Shown here: in pieces, positions 6,718-9,710 of the stretch
How the letters are laid out: every line of letters begins with the position of its first letter
Position numbering within the stretch: position 1 is the stretch's first letter
IMG/VR virus record: IMGVR_UViG_2531839663_000002
Strand: one strand, 5' to 3'
Origin: a virus
Taxonomy: Duplodnaviria; Heunggongvirae; Uroviricota; Caudoviricetes
Length of the DNA stretch: 9,710 bases
Notes under the pieces: model-generated
Seen by the model: the letters and a program-made list of their open reading frames with translations, nothing else
What the model was told of the DNA's origin: nothing
Databases searched by the model: none
Position numbers and translations under genes: made by a program

Positions 6718-7599
6718 GTGGGTGAGATGGAACTAGATGAAACACTTGAAGTTATCAAAAATAATTTTAGTAATAATCAGAAGAAACTATTTAAAAGGAT
6801 TGAGCCAGCCACTAACCGTCAAGTAGCTATCGGTCTTATTAGTTTACAAGGAGTGGAAAAAACATCTCAGGCTGAGATAGAGGTAATTGCCGGCCTCATA
6901 TCTCAGTTTAGTCCATTGGAAATCGATAGTTTTCAAAATTCACCACGACGAATAACTCTGAAAGGTCAATTCCCAAACGGACATATTGTTTATATCGAGC
7001 CTCAGTATAAGGTTGGCAATATAAACCCAAAAGCCCAGCCTTGGGCAATAGACCTTGTCCTTAGACTAAATAGATGGATTGGTCAAGATTTGGTTGAGAT
7101 TGCTGCTATTGGCATCGAGTATGATGGCCACATAGCTCATTATGTGGAAAGTAAAATTAAGTCTACTTACAAGCGTGATGCAGTAATAACTAGTAACGAA
7201 GGATTTCAATCGATTAGGATCTCACCAGAACAATGGAAATCGTCTAAAGAGGATCTTAAGAAGGCAATTAAAAAGTATTTTGAACATCACATAAAAAAAA
7301 TTGAAAAAGTTCAACTAAGCACAATAAACGCCCAAAATTTCAACAATTTTATTTATGAAAATGAAAATGAAGTGATATCCACTGTAACTTGCCCTTTATG
7401 TAATGGAAAAGGCAGTTTAGCGGGAGAAGATTGTCCGATCTGTAATGGAATGGGATCCGTAAAAAGATATATTGCTGCAAAGGTGAATCTTTCTAATTAT
7501 GAAAAATTCACTTGTCCTGACTGCAGGAATATAAAATTAGATTGCAGAACCTGCAATGGTGAAGGATCAATTAGCAGAGAAAAAGCATTAGAAATGTAA
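6718..7599 (+). CDS. Fusion protein: DUF559/Vsr-like PD-(D/E)xK nuclease domain plus C-terminal DnaJ-type CxxCxGxG zinc finger
   Basis: 293-aa ORF (GTG 6718 or ATG 6727 start, ambiguous). Central AIDLVL...AIGIEYDGHIAHY...KRDAVITSNEGFQSIRIS matches the DUF559 pattern (IExDGxxH ... RDxx ... GxxxxR). C-terminus has CPLCNGKG, CPICNGMG, CPDCRN, CRTCNGEG (about 7390..7566), as in the DnaJ cysteine-rich domain. Confidence 0.7.
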   Translation: MGEMELDETLEVIKNNFSNNQKKLFKRIEPATNRQVAIGLISLQGVEKTSQAEIEVIAGLISQFSPLEIDSFQNSPRRITLKGQFPNGHIVYIEPQYKVGNINPKAQPWAIDLVLRLNRWIGQDLVEIAAIGIEYDGHIAHYVESKIKSTYKRDAVITSNEGFQSIRISPEQWKSSKEDLKKAIKKYFEHHIKKIEKVQLSTINAQNFNNFIYENENEVISTVTCPLCNGKGSLAGEDCPICNGMGSVKRYIAAKVNLSNYEKFTCPDCRNIKLDCRTCNGEGSISREKALEM

Positions 7600-7904
7600 T
7601 GATAAAAGTAAACCTAAATAATTTAGTGTAATGTCTGCTTTTCGCTCATAACAGACATAAACTTCAGTTATGGCATAAAGGTATGCATGCTGGGTGGGGA
7701 AAGTATGAAGGAAAAGAAGACTGCTGCGCCGTTTGTCGTCACGTTTATCTTCATTGGCTATGTAAGTCGTAATACAAGGTGGGACAAAACTGAGACACAT
7801 AAGGCCTCGCAATGGCTTGCAAGGCTTTACATGTTTTGATGTGGTGGGACGTGTGAGCGCAGTGTTGATGGGGTAATGCTTTGAATTAGAAGCGGATTCT
7901 TATA

Positions 7905-7950
7905 ATTCGTAATGCGAAGGTCGTAGGTTCGACTCCTATTATCGGCACCA
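7905..7950 (+). other. 3' fragment (~46 nt) of tRNA-Thr(CGU), thrW-like; attachment-site remnant marking the end of an integrated element
   Basis: ATTCGTAATGCGAAGGTCGTAGGTTCGACTCCTATTATCGGCACCA matches the 3' part of E. coli thrW as remembered (anticodon-loop CGT, T-arm GGTTCGACTCC, acceptor end with CCA). Sequence upstream of 7905 does not match the tRNA 5' half, so this is not an intact gene. Confidence 0.75.
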
Positions 7951-8403
7951 TCTTTTATAATAAAATCATCAAGTTATTATTGCATTGTTTTGCTTTGTTC
8001 AACACTAATGTGCAATTCTGCGCGTTGTAGATGTGGCAAAATTGTGGCAAGTACAGTGAGATTGTTTGTGGCTCAATGCAAGGGTATGCTAACGGCACGT
8101 GTTACCTTGTAGCTCCCGTCGATCTTGTCTTTTGAGCAATATTACTACTTTGATGGTTTCTGGTTACGGATGTTGTCAGTCCAGTTCGCAGCCAGCACGG
8201 TTTGACCTAAAGGATGTTATTACAATAACCTACGCAGGCATTCAAACACGTTTAGTCTGCCATTTAGGTTATTGCATTCACTTGACGACCCATTTGCATT
8301 TCACTTAGTCATATCTAACAAAAAAATGCATCCGATACCCTACTATTGACAGGCAGCTTTGAGCGATCTGCTGACATTACCAGCATAGTGGCGTATTAAT
8401 CAT

Positions 8404-8637
8404 CTAGGAGCAGGTCACAATCTCAGCCATCAAGCTCTGGACTAACCCAACTGCGAAACGCTGCAGACTAACAAGACCATCTTCGTCGTCCTCGCCGTAG
8501 AAACGTGTGAAGGCAACCGATCGCACCTTCTCATAGTCTTCACCATGTTCATCGCCTCCAAAACGCTTGGCGAGCGCCGCCAGCACGTACTTCAAAGACT
8601 CTTGGTCCTCCTCTGAACGAATAGAGCTATGACTTCG
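8404..8637 (-). pseudogene. Orphan 3' gene fragment of unknown function
   Basis: Minus-strand frame open from a stop at 8638..8640 to the stop at 8404, with no ATG or Shine-Dalgarno at its 5' end (the ORF track starts at a TTG). Acidic sequence ...GGDEHGEDYEKVRSVAFTRFYGEDDEDG...; no family recognised. Could be spurious. Confidence 0.25.
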
Positions 8638-8804
8638 CTAGAGACAAAGTCGCTTACTTAGCTTCCCTGTTTCGATGTTGCAACTCACATATTTTTAACT
8701 TTCAGAATGTGTTACCCAATAGTTCGTGCTAATGCTACTATTTGTATTCAATCGGATTAATGATGTTGTTACGCGAGTCCATTGAACTAAACATAAGGGA
8801 GTAT

Positions 8805-9330
8805 ATGGGGTTAGCTGAAACATTAGTTAGTATTCCGCAGTCTGAAAGAGGCGGTGAGATTGCTCAACGTGGGTTTGACTATCAAACTTGCTGGGCTTTA
8901 TCTCAAATGCTGGAATATGAACTAGATGAAAAGAACTATGTGTTTATCTTCGAATATCATGATGATGTTCTTATTCTTGATGACGAAGTTTCTCCAACAC
9001 AACTCACATTTGCTCAAGTAAAAACAAGAGAGAAACACTGGACTGCATCCACTCTTAGTAATAGCACCAAGAAGAACCCAATATCTATCATCGGTAAGTT
9101 ATTTATTCATCAAAAGAATTTCGCCGAATATTCACCCAAGCTCCTTTTTGTTACTAATGCTTCTTTCAATCTATGTGAGGAAAACGGTGGTAAGTCTTGT
9201 TTTGGTGCAAATGAAGTCAAAGTGGAGTATCAGACGAGCTTTAAGAAAGCAATCAAAGATCAAGTAAAGCTTGATGACTCCAGTATCGATCTTTCTGTTA
9301 TGCGTTTCGTTCAATCCTCATTAAGCCTAG
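8805..9330 (+). pseudogene. PD-(D/E)xK-like nuclease-domain gene (resembles DUF4297-type domains of defence proteins), 3'-truncated by IS5
   Basis: ATG at 8805 with AAGGGA Shine-Dalgarno at 8795..8800. Motifs GFDYQTCWAL, EYHDDVLILDD and FAQVKT fit a D...(E/Q)xK core. The frame continues into the IS5 terminus from 9331; the last residues GKVRTSP are IS-encoded, so the native C-terminus is missing. Confidence 0.6.

Positions 9331-9710
<380 letters not shown>

Noticed and set aside
7588-8308. ORFs 7588..7812 (-) and 8099..8308 (+)
   Set aside because: No ribosome-binding sites, no recognisable motifs, low-complexity or Cys-rich translations, and they span the att boundary region; treated as non-coding.

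Overview
This window looks like the distal end of an enterobacterial integrative island that terminates at a 3' fragment of tRNA-Thr(CGU), followed by a short flank ending in an IS5 insertion. All calls are from reading the sequence and ORF track; no searches were run and family assignments rest on remembered motifs. From left to right: (1) a tail-fibre cassette with two convergent pairs of tail-fibre C-terminal module plus tail-fibre assembly gene, bracketed by a perfect inverted repeat of at least 237 bp (1..237 and 2122..2358, running off the left edge). Each repeat carries a Hin/Gin/Pin-like crossover site at its inner end and the 5' end of a serine DNA invertase gene that is mutated and, in the right copy, truncated. 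(2) A GmrSD-family (DUF262/DUF1524) type IV restriction enzyme gene next to the invertase remnant. (3) An AT-rich block with a small Mrr-cat-like nuclease gene and a Cys-rich partner gene, a compact tyrosine recombinase interrupted by an in-frame TAG, and a gene fusing a DUF559/Vsr-like nuclease domain to a DnaJ-type zinc finger. (4) The tRNA-Thr 3' fragment at 7905..7950. (5) A PD-(D/E)xK-like nuclease gene truncated by IS5, whose transposase is itself frameshifted. The best candidates for an undescribed system are the Mrr-cat/Cys-rich pair and the DUF559-zinc-finger fusion.
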